The position numbers and the translations under genes are program-made. 64,000 nucleotides of DNA from Clostridia bacterium (GTDB taxonomy: Bacteria > Bacillota > Clostridia > UMGS1840): assembly GCA_017625695.1 (NCBI GenBank), contig JAGAKI010000043.1, positions 7,378-71,377 on the forward strand, read 5' to 3'. Below, one piece after another: positions 45,920-55,141 of this stretch. Position 1 is the stretch's first letter; each line of letters starts with the position of its first letter. The notes below the pieces were generated by a model that worked only from the letters and a program-made list of their open reading frames with translations, had not been told where the DNA came from and made no database searches.

Positions 45920-45948
45920 ATTATAGTACGAAATCAACGATTTGTCAA
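45920..45948 (-). promoter_or_regulatory. Perfect-consensus sigma-A promoter heading the mreB-to-rqcP gene array
   Basis: The minus strand reads TTGACA (45948-45943), a 17-nt spacer, then TATAAT (45925-45920). It leaves a leader of about 105 nt. Confidence 0.55.
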
Positions 45949-46101
45949 CTATATTTCGGGATTCTGTCAGAATTTTGACGTTTTTTTCCAGGGGGAAAAA
46001 TCATAGCAGTTTTCCCGGCAGATTCCGGGAGAATATTTCGCTGTTTTTCGTAAAAATACAACACAGTTTGCCACCTTTCCCGAGAATCCGTCAAAATCCA
46101 C

Positions 46102-46130
46102 TTGAAAAACAAAAAAAAGTGTGCTATCAT
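46102..46130 (+). promoter_or_regulatory. Sigma-A-like promoter upstream of the SpoIID-domain gene
   Basis: TTGAAA (46102-46107), a 17-nt spacer, then TATCAT (46125-46130) preceded by TGc. Confidence 0.4.
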
Positions 46131-46166
46131 AAAGAAAATGAAACTAAAATTACCAAGGTGATTCCT

Positions 46167-47420
46167 ATGAATAAACTACAAAAAACAGCACTTTGTTTAC
46201 TCTGTCTGCTGTTATGTGCAACTTTGTTTGTTTCTGCTGAAACCATCAGTATCGGACTGAAATTCGGCTCCGATGCCCCGAACCAGTCCACAGTACAGTC
46301 TGACAGCGGCTTTCATATGAAAGCCAATGATGAACTGATTTGTGTCCTTGCGGAAACCACTCTTGTGGTTTCTAAAAATCCGGAGGGCAGTATTGATGTC
46401 ACAGACCCCATCAATCAGGTTGCCGTTTTTTCCTATCCCCAAAGCGAAATTCCCCTGGAGTTTGCTCCTGCAGACGGAACCACGCTTCGGATTGACGGTG
46501 ACGAATATCGTGGTTCTGCGAGATTTTTATATGCCGACAGCGGTTTGACTATCATCAATTTTCTGGATGTGGAAGACTACTTAAAAGGAGTTGTAGCGGA
46601 AGAAATGCCTGCCTCCTGGCACATAGAAGCTTTAAAAGCGCAGGCAATCTGTGCCAGAAACTATGCGATGACCAACAAAAACAAATTCAAAAAATACGGA
46701 TTTGATTTAGATGATACCATTCAGTCTCAGGTTTATACCGGAGTCAAAGGAGAAACCGAAGCGACCAACCGTGCGGTAGAAGAAACCCGTGGATTATTCC
46801 TCACGCATAACGGCAAGCTTGCTACCACCTTCTTCTTTTCCTCCTCCGGCGGACATACCGAAAGTTCCAAATTTGTCTGGGGTGGTGATTTTCCCTATCT
46901 GACAGGAGTAGAGGACCCCTATGATACCTCACGGGAATGGACGGTTCCCTACACACCCGATGAAATCAAAGACAAACTTTCAGGAATTGGAGTTTATATT
47001 GGCGATATCATCGGCTTAGAAGTAGTAGAACGTTCTCCCTCTCAAAGAATTATTGATTTAAAAATCGTGGGAACTGAAGGAAACTACCACGCAAAACTGG
47101 AACAATCCCGCAGTTTGTTCAACCTACGAAGCAATCTGTTCACCATTTCCCAAACAGGCGGAGACGGTCAAATGGTTACCGTATTGACTTCAAAAGGGCT
47201 GGAAGAACGAAAAGTGATGTCTCCCATCCTGACTTCCGGTGGAACACTTCCTGCTAACACAGGAGCACCCACCGAATACAGTTTTCAAGGTACCGGCTAT
47301 GGTCACGGTGTAGGAATGAGCCAATATGGTGCCAAAGGTATGGCAGAAGCAGGCTACAGTTGTGAACAGATTCTGACCCACTATTTCACCGGAACCAGTT
47401 TACAAACAACCTATCAGTAG
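46167..47420 (+). CDS. SpoIID/LytB domain-containing protein (lytic transglycosylase-type amidase enhancer)
   Basis: Signal peptide MNKLQKTALCLLCLLLCATLFVSA, then VVAEEMPASW..EALKAQAICARNYA, FFFSSSGGHTES and GYGHGVGMSQYGA. The ATG at 46167 follows AAGGTG. The 75-codon upstream extension in the ORF track covers the promoter. Confidence 0.85.
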   Translation: MNKLQKTALCLLCLLLCATLFVSAETISIGLKFGSDAPNQSTVQSDSGFHMKANDELICVLAETTLVVSKNPEGSIDVTDPINQVAVFSYPQSEIPLEFAPADGTTLRIDGDEYRGSARFLYADSGLTIINFLDVEDYLKGVVAEEMPASWHIEALKAQAICARNYAMTNKNKFKKYGFDLDDTIQSQVYTGVKGETEATNRAVEETRGLFLTHNGKLATTFFFSSSGGHTESSKFVWGGDFPYLTGVEDPYDTSREWTVPYTPDEIKDKLSGIGVYIGDIIGLEVVERSPSQRIIDLKIVGTEGNYHAKLEQSRSLFNLRSNLFTISQTGGDGQMVTVLTSKGLEERKVMSPILTSGGTLPANTGAPTEYSFQGTGYGHGVGMSQYGAKGMAEAGYSCEQILTHYFTGTSLQTTYQ

Positions 47421-47438
47421 GAATAAAAACGAAAGACA

Positions 47439-47475
47439 AAAAGGCGATAAAACTGAACAGTTTTATCGCCTTTTT
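47439..47475. terminator. Bidirectional rho-independent terminator (end of the polysaccharide locus/VanZ and of the SpoIID-domain gene)
   Basis: AAAAGGCGATAAAACTG-aa-CAGTTTTATCGCCTTTTT. Confidence 0.75.
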
Positions 47476-47479
47476 ACCT

Positions 47480-47962
47480 TTATTTCGCCTTTTTTGAGAA
47501 TCGCCATTTTCGGAAAGACAACATCCCGAACACCAGTCCGCATAATACCATTCCTGAAAAATAGCCCAAAATATCATTCCCGATATCATGCCACTGAAAG
47601 GTCCTCCCCGGCACAAACAACTGATGAATTTCATCACCAAAACTGCACAGCACACCGAACAGGATTCCGCCCGCAGTCCGGCCCCATGAAAAACTGCCAT
47701 CCCAGAGAAATAAAGAAACCAATACCCCTAAACTCAGAAACAGTGCAACATGAGCTAACCGACGTACCTGCTTGCGCCAGGTTACGTGAAGCATATTTTT
47801 CTCTACCTGATTTTTGGTTTCATAATCAGGTGTACGGATTTCAATCTGATGGGAAAGTCCATCACTTAAAGCACCGGATTTTTCTGCGGATTGATGGGAG
47901 AAAAAGAAAATAGTACTAAGATTCAGAAAAATCAATATCAGAAGAATGACTTTTCGGGTCAC
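47480..47962 (-). CDS. VanZ family membrane protein
   Basis: C-terminal VanZ signature GDEIHQLFVPGRTFQWHDIGNDILG with 4 TM segments. The GTG start at 47962 overlaps the stop of the upstream gene (GTGA). The longer ORF-track version overlaps that gene by 121 nt. Confidence 0.75.
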   Translation of the reverse strand: MTRKVILLILIFLNLSTIFFFSHQSAEKSGALSDGLSHQIEIRTPDYETKNQVEKNMLHVTWRKQVRRLAHVALFLSLGVLVSLFLWDGSFSWGRTAGGILFGVLCSFGDEIHQLFVPGRTFQWHDIGNDILGYFSGMVLCGLVFGMLSFRKWRFSKKAK

Positions 47963-49179
47963 AGCAAACCCAACTCCTTCATCAGTTTCAGACGTGGATT
48001 CTGTTCTGCCGGAAGCACAGTTTTCTTGCCAAACATCTTCCGGAAAATACGAACAATCCAGATAAACGGCAACAACCACCCTTGCTTCATCAGAATGGGA
48101 TACTCCCCATACAACACAGTTTTTTTGGGAAACAGCCGTTCCATTCTGGTTCGTCTGGTCAACTCTTTTTTATATTCTGTGTAATTCTTTTTGTGATAGG
48201 ATTCATATTTTGCTTTGGAATACTCATTGTAAGCCGTCAGTTTTTCTTCCGCAAAGCCGTTTTCGGCACAGAATTCGATATCTTTCAAAAACTTTTCTGT
48301 CAATTGGTCATAATCCGCAGAAGAGGTCAGATTGGAAAAACCAAAATACAAAACGCCAATCCGTTTGATGGTTTCATAGACAGAAACATACCCAAGTTGC
48401 GCCATTACTGCATCCACACGGGAAAAATCAATCCGGTCGGCATAATGAGAAAGATATAAAATGGCATCGCCTAACATTTTCAAATGGGCAATCCCGCTGA
48501 TTAAATGCTTTAACACATGGAGCACCATATTGATGGCACTGTCGGTCACACCAAGAGCCATCACCGTGTGTCCGTTTTTCAAGGTGATTCTTTGTTTTTC
48601 TTCGGCACCAAAATCCAAATTATCATACCAAACCTCAGTCACCTCTTTGGTGTCCAGGGAAATATGAATTTCAAATTTGCCGGCTTTAGGATGGACGCAC
48701 ACTGCCTGATTATTGATTTCTCCGCGAGGCATATAATCTCCGCCGGCTTTTTGAAATTTTTTTAAAACAGCCTCCTCGTCCTTAGGGTCAATCAACAGGT
48801 CGGTATCTCCCGACATCCGAAGTTCCGGATTGGCATATAAATCGGAAATCAAATCTCCCTTTAATGTGATGGGATTGGCAAAGGAAAGCTCTTCCTCTAC
48901 AAAACGGTACATCGCTTCCTGACGGAGCGTATACTCCATAACTTTCAGTTGAATCTCCATCTGCCACCGTGGAAGTTCCGTGATTTCAGGTGCTAACCGC
49001 CCTGCTTCCGAGAGTTTTTTCAGCACCGCAAACACAACCGTCCAGACGCCTTGCCTCCGAGCGATTTTTTCAATTTCAACAATCTCTTCCTTAGAATAAA
49101 TGCGATCTCCTGCAGGCAGGATTCCCTTCATTCCGGAAGCATATAATCTAATTGTGTCACAATACGCTTTTGATAACAT
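47959..49179 (-). CDS. Uncharacterised nucleotidyltransferase family protein (PF14907/NTP_transf_5-like)
   Basis: The RMSGDTDLLIDPKDEEAVLKKFQKAGG motif (pol-beta-type G[SG]...D.D) sits in a 406-aa soluble protein. The family call is from memory of the motif pattern. Confidence 0.6.
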   Translation of the reverse strand: MLSKAYCDTIRLYASGMKGILPAGDRIYSKEEIVEIEKIARRQGVWTVVFAVLKKLSEAGRLAPEITELPRWQMEIQLKVMEYTLRQEAMYRFVEEELSFANPITLKGDLISDLYANPELRMSGDTDLLIDPKDEEAVLKKFQKAGGDYMPRGEINNQAVCVHPKAGKFEIHISLDTKEVTEVWYDNLDFGAEEKQRITLKNGHTVMALGVTDSAINMVLHVLKHLISGIAHLKMLGDAILYLSHYADRIDFSRVDAVMAQLGYVSVYETIKRIGVLYFGFSNLTSSADYDQLTEKFLKDIEFCAENGFAEEKLTAYNEYSKAKYESYHKKNYTEYKKELTRRTRMERLFPKKTVLYGEYPILMKQGWLLPFIWIVRIFRKMFGKKTVLPAEQNPRLKLMKELGLL

Positions 49180-49212
49180 GATAAGCTCCTTTTAGGGTCA
49201 GTTCAGATACAG

Positions 49213-50757
49213 TTATTTCGCTTTGCTTCGTTTTAATACCGTACGAACAGGCGATAAAAACAAGTTCTTTTCCGATTTGTTCCAGCCGATAAGCCACATA
49301 ATTGCTACATAACAAATCATCAGGCAAACCACCTGTGTCAGAAAGCAAATCCAGCCGGACCCCACCATCACATAACGGGAAATTAACACCCCGCAACCTA
49401 AGGCAACGAGAAGTCCCGGTGCCATTTTTCCATGACAGTCTTTAAAAAATTTGAATACATTAATATTTAACTGCTTATAAAATACCACATTCATCAAAAT
49501 GGTTCTGACAAAATACGCAATACAAATGGATAAAGAACACCCAACGGCTCCCCAAAAATGCCCAAACAAAAAGGAAAACACAATGTTGACCAAAGCCATA
49601 ATGGTATACACAATTCCGGCACTTTTCACCTTGTCAAGAACCACAACAGCGGTATTTGCTACCTGCTGAGGCAAATGAAGTACTGAGGGTAAAATCAGAA
49701 GCACCGTACAAATGTACACTTCCTGATAACCATTACCCAACCAGACATTGACAAAGTTTTGCCCCAAAGTCACGATACCAATTACCAAAATACCGGTGAT
49801 AGACAATACAATTCTGCCCACCTTAATCATCAGAGGAAGCACCGCTTCTCCTGTTTTCTGCCCTAAAGTAGCACGGGAAATTTTCGGCATAAACATTCCG
49901 TTGATTGCTTGCGAAAATTTAAACACATACCCTTCCAAAGTGGAAGCAAGTCCAAACATAGTAATGCCAACAGAACCACTTACCACTCCTAAAACAGTAG
50001 GCGTAATATTAAAAATAAACCGCTGTGCAATACTTTGCACCGTAGTCCAGAAAGAAAAACCTGTGATTTCTTTGAGCATTCCTTTGTCAGAATGTTGAAA
50101 ATTCACTTTAATCTTGGTGGTTTTTCTAATCATCACCAACTTCACGACAATAGTCAGTAAATTCATCACAGCGTGTACCGCAACCAATGCGTACAAGCCC
50201 ATTCCAAACAACAATGCAATAATCGTGAGAAAAATGGATGCCACTTTATTGAAAACATCTGCCAATTTCAAACGTGCAAACTGCTCATGAGCAGTCAAAA
50301 TTCCGTTTAATGTGATAAACGGAAAACAAACAACCATAGAAGATGCCGCTATCAGATAGACAATTTTAAATGCACTTAATTCCGACGGTGTCAGTTTAAT
50401 ATATATTTGATTGATATTAAAAAATACACCAACCAATACCGCACAAATCACGGCAGACACAATGATATACAGTTTATATATCATTCCCAGAAAATTATTC
50501 ATTCCCTGCTGATCGCCTTTGGCACGATAATGAGATACAAATTTCGCCACTGCCGCACTCATACCGAAATCCAGCATAAACATCGTAATCAACGAAGTTG
50601 CCAGTGTATAAAGTCCGTAATCGGCATCTCCGATTTGTCGGATAATCCAAGGTGTATATAAAAGTCCCGCAACCACATCAAGCGCCAATGCAAGATAGGA
50701 AATCACAGCTCCTATCTTAATTTGCCGGGAACTTTTTGCTTCGATGTTGGTATCCAA
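49213..50757 (-). CDS. wzx: Oligosaccharide flippase (Wzx-like, MOP superfamily polysaccharide biosynthesis protein)
   Basis: 514 aa, roughly 14 predicted TM segments, a typical Wzx N-terminus (KIGAVISYLALALDVVAGLLYTPWIIRQIG.ADYGLY). TTG start 7 nt after GGAGG. Confidence 0.8.
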   Translation of the reverse strand: MDTNIEAKSSRQIKIGAVISYLALALDVVAGLLYTPWIIRQIGDADYGLYTLATSLITMFMLDFGMSAAVAKFVSHYRAKGDQQGMNNFLGMIYKLYIIVSAVICAVLVGVFFNINQIYIKLTPSELSAFKIVYLIAASSMVVCFPFITLNGILTAHEQFARLKLADVFNKVASIFLTIIALLFGMGLYALVAVHAVMNLLTIVVKLVMIRKTTKIKVNFQHSDKGMLKEITGFSFWTTVQSIAQRFIFNITPTVLGVVSGSVGITMFGLASTLEGYVFKFSQAINGMFMPKISRATLGQKTGEAVLPLMIKVGRIVLSITGILVIGIVTLGQNFVNVWLGNGYQEVYICTVLLILPSVLHLPQQVANTAVVVLDKVKSAGIVYTIMALVNIVFSFLFGHFWGAVGCSLSICIAYFVRTILMNVVFYKQLNINVFKFFKDCHGKMAPGLLVALGCGVLISRYVMVGSGWICFLTQVVCLMICYVAIMWLIGWNKSEKNLFLSPVRTVLKRSKAK

Positions 50758-50791
50758 TTCAATACCTCCATAATTTTTATTTGGTTACTGT

Positions 50792-51985
50792 TTAATCTTT
50801 AAAGAACAAATCTCTGGTATATAATTTCTGAGAAACATCAGCCAAATCTTCGTCATATCGGTTTGCAACAATAATATCGGCTTTTTCTTTGAATTCCGAA
50901 AGATCACGAATGACAGTAGAATTATAGAATTTTTCCTCTTTCAAAGCCGGTTCATACACAATCACTTCTACTCCTTTGGCTTTGATTCGTTTCATAACCC
51001 CCTGAATGGAGCTTTGTCTGAAATTATCACTGCCTGATTTCATGGTCAACCGGTATATACCAACCACAGGGTTCTCTTTTTGCCCAAACCCTGCCAATTG
51101 CAGAATTCTTTCAGAAACATAATCTTTTCTGGTTCGGTTAGCATCAATAATAGCACCAATAATATTATTGGGAACATTGTTGTAGTTAGCAAGCAACTGT
51201 TTGGTATCTTTGGGCAGACAGTATCCGCCATAACCAAAGGACGGATTGTTATAATGGGTACCAATTCTGGGGTCAAGACCCACACCGTTAATAATGGACT
51301 TTGAATCCAATCCACGCACTTCGGCAAAGGTATCCAATTCATTAAAATAAGCAACTCTGAGGGCAAGATAGGTATTGGCAAACAGCTTTACCGCCTCTGC
51401 CTCAGTGCTTCTCATCAGCAAAATGGGAACATCTTCTTTGATAGCTCCTTCTGCCAGCAGAGCAGCAAATTTCCCTGCTTTATCCTGCAATCCTTCGTGA
51501 AAACCAATGATGATACGGGAAGGATGCAAATTGTCGTAGAGTGCTTTCCCCTCTCTTAAAAACTCGGGGGAAAACATCAGATTATCACAGCCGTATTTTG
51601 CTCTCATATTTTCCACAAACCCTACGGGAATGGTTGATTTTACCACCATAATTGCCCCGGGATTTATTTTCATCGCCTTTTTGATTACAGATTCCACGCT
51701 GGAAGTATCAAAAGAATTCAAGGTAGGATCGTAATTGGTGGGCGTGGAAATAATGATATACTCTGCATCTTTGTATGCCGCCTCGTCATCGGTTGTGGGA
51801 ATTAAATTTAATTGCTTATTTGCTAAATATTCCTCAATATCTTTATCTGCAATAGGAGATTTTTTATGCTGAATCAGCTCCACCTTTTCAGGTACGATAT
51901 CAACTGCCCAAACTTCATTGTTCTGAGCCAGTAAAACTGCGATTGACAATCCTACATATCCAATTCCTGTAACTGCTATTTTCAT
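50792..51985 (-). CDS. ugd: UDP-glucose 6-dehydrogenase
   Basis: [20 protein letters not shown] Rossmann motif, catalytic GGYCLPKD, 397 aa. Confidence 0.88.
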   Translation of the reverse strand: MKIAVTGIGYVGLSIAVLLAQNNEVWAVDIVPEKVELIQHKKSPIADKDIEEYLANKQLNLIPTTDDEAAYKDAEYIIISTPTNYDPTLNSFDTSSVESVIKKAMKINPGAIMVVKSTIPVGFVENMRAKYGCDNLMFSPEFLREGKALYDNLHPSRIIIGFHEGLQDKAGKFAALLAEGAIKEDVPILLMRSTEAEAVKLFANTYLALRVAYFNELDTFAEVRGLDSKSIINGVGLDPRIGTHYNNPSFGYGGYCLPKDTKQLLANYNNVPNNIIGAIIDANRTRKDYVSERILQLAGFGQKENPVVGIYRLTMKSGSDNFRQSSIQGVMKRIKAKGVEVIVYEPALKEEKFYNSTVIRDLSEFKEKADIIVANRYDEDLADVSQKLYTRDLFFKD

Positions 51986-51998
51986 ACTTTATCATCCT

Positions 51999-53000
51999 TT
52001 ATCTTTGTTTCTTTTTCAGTAAAATATTGAATAATTTCTTAATATCTTTCAAACCACCAAACACTAACTGCCGTCCAAACATTTCCATATAATCAAACAG
52101 CCCCATTTTGAATTTTTTTGTTACGGCGTCATAATAATGTCTGTCTTCAACCACATACTTCGGATGCTTTAAGGGGAATTCAATATCATAGCCTTTGGTA
52201 AAATAGTATTGCTGACTTTTTTTCGGTAATTTTTTAATATTATTCGTTGTATGCACCCCATTTTCTGACAATCCGATGTTGGTAATCATATTATATTTGG
52301 GAACAATACACACCTGTTCGTGCAAAGCACAAGCCATTGCACTCTGATACGTCCAAGCGGTAAGGCGTTTTCCTTCCTCTAAAAGCTTTTTCCGCTCCAT
52401 CCCCCGCTTGGTTGCAAAATCATAATACGGATATTTGCTTTCCACACATCTTAAGGCATACGGGTCTTCTAAGAAAGACATGTTAAAATCAACAGTATCC
52501 CAGGTTCGTTTCCAGGTTGCCCATCCCCAACAACAGGATCTTCCGAAAAAATAACTGTAAGGAGTATCCTCGTATACGCCCAAATGGTTCATGGCATTGA
52601 TGGAATGGATGCGTACATCATCCTTGTAATATTCCAAAAGTTCCTTGCAAAACGGGAAAAAATCCTGAGCTGGAACACAGTCATCTTCTAAAATAATCAG
52701 ACGGTCCACAGTTTCAAACGCCCATTTGATACCGCTGTACATTCTCATGCCGCAGCCTAAATTTTCTTCGGAATAGTTTTGATACACTTCACAATCCCAA
52801 GTGATATCTGAAACAATTTTTTTACATAATGCCACAGCTTCTTCGTCTTTTTTATTTCCTTTTCTCGGACCATCACAAGCTAAGAACAGTTTGGAAGGTT
52901 TTGCCTTTTTTACTGCTGCAAAAACCTCCGCTAAGGTATCAGGTCTATTAAAGAAAATCATAAAAACCGGCACATCAATTTGCCATTTTTCTTTTTCCAT
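51999..53000 (-). CDS. GT-A fold glycosyltransferase (GNT-I/HlpA-like)
   Basis: PVFMIFFNRPDTLAEVFAAVKKAKPSKLFLACDGPR and an EDDCV (DxD-like) motif. No TM segment. Confidence 0.55.
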   Translation of the reverse strand: MEKEKWQIDVPVFMIFFNRPDTLAEVFAAVKKAKPSKLFLACDGPRKGNKKDEEAVALCKKIVSDITWDCEVYQNYSEENLGCGMRMYSGIKWAFETVDRLIILEDDCVPAQDFFPFCKELLEYYKDDVRIHSINAMNHLGVYEDTPYSYFFGRSCCWGWATWKRTWDTVDFNMSFLEDPYALRCVESKYPYYDFATKRGMERKKLLEEGKRLTAWTYQSAMACALHEQVCIVPKYNMITNIGLSENGVHTTNNIKKLPKKSQQYYFTKGYDIEFPLKHPKYVVEDRHYYDAVTKKFKMGLFDYMEMFGRQLVFGGLKDIKKLFNILLKKKQR

Positions 53001-53021
53001 TGTTATAAATACCTCCTATTT

Positions 53022-54002
53022 TTAGTGGTTGCCCCTGTTGATTACTTTCAATACTTTATTTTTTATCAATAAAAAATAATTTTTTTTCATTAAAAACTTC
53101 TGAATGGATTTTCTGCACTTGTTACCGTGATACGCTTGCCAAAATGCGTCATAATTCTCAGGCATTTTTGCGGAACAAAACAGAGAACTGTTATTATCTA
53201 CGGCAGAGGGAAGATCCACTTCTGCGTATTTCACACCGGATAATTTGGCTTCCACTGCCTGAAATCCTTTTTCACTCCGCACAATAACCAGTGAAGTCCC
53301 ATCATAATTGCACAATTTGGGAGCAACACGCTCTACACCCCAGAAGTCCCCTAAAATAATATCACTCTCAATGTTATTTCCTTTAAAATGGCAGGAAAAA
53401 CAACTCTTTTCTAAGGTGATATTTTGTAAAAAGCCGCACATATAGATATCCCGGTCTTTGGTTTTTACATATTGTTTGCCGTTGGCAAATAATATCCGTA
53501 ATCTGTATTTACTCCAACCTTCACTTTTATCACGAAAATTGACAGCGATAACCTTGCTTTTATAGTTCTGTTCCAATTCTTTCAGATAATCAGCCCAAAC
53601 GGTATGTTTGGGGGTACCATGGCAAACCACAGCCACCGTGAGCAAATTTTCATAATTTTTTTTCAGATATTTCTTTAAGGCAGCAATCTGACAGGGAGTT
53701 CCGGAAAACAAAACCCCGCTCCCCTGTTCTAAACATTCTAACACCTTGGGGAGAGCTTCTTTCACATCACTTCTTACATATTTGGAACCCCGAAGCTTTT
53801 CCAACGCTTCCACAGTGCTAACAGCAATATGTCTGACCGCCTGAAAATCATCACAAAAAGCAGCACCAAACACCGTTCCCCCTCGGCTGATAACATCTTC
53901 TGCAAGTATAGTGAAAATACCACCGGAGGAACTAGTTTGTAAACGTGCTGTATCCAACGCATACATTCCATAAGTTTTGATTACATGAAAAGCAGAATCC
54001 AT
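53022..54002 (-). CDS. Coenzyme F420 hydrogenase/dehydrogenase beta-subunit-like protein (FrhB/FdhB C-terminal domain family) of polysaccharide loci
   Basis: SSSGGIFTILAE, GAAF, LRGSKYVRSD and FSGTPCQIAALKKY motifs. No N-terminal CxxCxxCxxxC ferredoxin motif is visible. Confidence 0.65.
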   Translation of the reverse strand: MDSAFHVIKTYGMYALDTARLQTSSSGGIFTILAEDVISRGGTVFGAAFCDDFQAVRHIAVSTVEALEKLRGSKYVRSDVKEALPKVLECLEQGSGVLFSGTPCQIAALKKYLKKNYENLLTVAVVCHGTPKHTVWADYLKELEQNYKSKVIAVNFRDKSEGWSKYRLRILFANGKQYVKTKDRDIYMCGFLQNITLEKSCFSCHFKGNNIESDIILGDFWGVERVAPKLCNYDGTSLVIVRSEKGFQAVEAKLSGVKYAEVDLPSAVDNNSSLFCSAKMPENYDAFWQAYHGNKCRKSIQKFLMKKNYFLLIKNKVLKVINRGNH

Positions 54003-54012
54003 TTTCTAATCC

Positions 54013-55107
54013 CTACAAATATTTCTTTAAAAAGTCAACAGAATATGCTTTTTTCTCTTCAAAATCTGAATATGCGACTGTATAATCCATTTTTTTCAAA
54101 TTGGTTAATTCGGTGGCATTATCTGTCTTGACATCAACAAAACGATCTGCTCTTCCGATTAAGCTGAGAAAAGAAGTAATTCTTGATTCCATGGTTCTTT
54201 CCGGATTACGTGGAAACACCATAAAGTCTTTCTGAAAAATAAAGGAAAACGCCATAGCGTGAAAACTATCAGTCAAAATATACTCTGCATGTCGAATCAA
54301 GGATAAAAACTGTTTTGGCCCCACATGTTGAATCTGTTGATCCGTTATTTTTCTGGAAGCTACACTCAAACCGTCAATTTGTACCGTAACAGTATTTGTT
54401 TTTTTAGCAAAATCAGCTACCAATGCCGGGTTTTTATTTTTGTCATTTAAAAAATAACAAAAAACATAGGGTTCCTTCACCAATCTTTCGGAGGTAACTT
54501 CCTCCCATTCCTTATGATTGAGGAGAAAAACGGGGTCCAGCACCCACTCGATCTTTTTATCAACACATTGCTCCAACAAAGACACATCGTTACATTCTCT
54601 GACGGAAATATCGGTAAATGTGGTTAAATGATTGAAAAAAACCTGTTGTTCTTCACGGGTTAAGGTATCCCGGCTAATACTTGCAGCATAAGAGAGTTTT
54701 GTTTTTTCCGGCGGAACAAATCCGAGAAGATACTCCTCGCACATTGCCAGAGGATTCCAAACCTGATCGCTTCCGGTAATGAACACATCAAACTCATTTA
54801 ATAAGCTTTTAATATTGCCGGAATTCACCGTGTATGTATGTGGAATGGAATCTCTGAACTGTCTGATATTCCTGCTTTTTTTCACATTGCTGTAAGACAA
54901 CAATTTCAAACATTTTGCGATGGTGCTTTTCACAAAGGTTTTCCACGATTTTTGGGAAGCAAAAATCTTATTTCCACAGGTGTCAAAACTGATTTGTTTG
55001 GCATCTGCACCCAACAGATTGATTTTTTTTGTCAAAGCATACGCCTGCAAAATTCCGCCATAATTTTCGCTGTTATGGTACATCGTAATAATGCCGACTC
55101 TCTTCAT
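54013..55107 (-). CDS. Polysaccharide pyruvyl transferase family protein
   Basis: MKRVGIITMYHNSENYGGILQAYAL N-terminus, GSDQVWNP, TDSFHAMAFS. The ATG at 55107 follows GGTGGTGGGAAC. Confidence 0.75.
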   Translation of the reverse strand: MKRVGIITMYHNSENYGGILQAYALTKKINLLGADAKQISFDTCGNKIFASQKSWKTFVKSTIAKCLKLLSYSNVKKSRNIRQFRDSIPHTYTVNSGNIKSLLNEFDVFITGSDQVWNPLAMCEEYLLGFVPPEKTKLSYAASISRDTLTREEQQVFFNHLTTFTDISVRECNDVSLLEQCVDKKIEWVLDPVFLLNHKEWEEVTSERLVKEPYVFCYFLNDKNKNPALVADFAKKTNTVTVQIDGLSVASRKITDQQIQHVGPKQFLSLIRHAEYILTDSFHAMAFSFIFQKDFMVFPRNPERTMESRITSFLSLIGRADRFVDVKTDNATELTNLKKMDYTVAYSDFEEKKAYSVDFLKKYL

Positions 55108-55141
55108 GTTCCCACCACCTTTTCCATAAATTTCAAACAAT

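Noticed and set aside
45942-46166. 75-codon N-terminal extension of the SpoIID-domain ORF. The same issue applies to 26031-27467, 12703-12765, 31535-31573, 11436-11465 and 47963-48079.
   Set aside because: The extensions run through predicted promoters or into upstream genes and lack an RBS. Internal starts with good RBSs give canonical N-termini (signal peptide, Rossmann motif, and so on).
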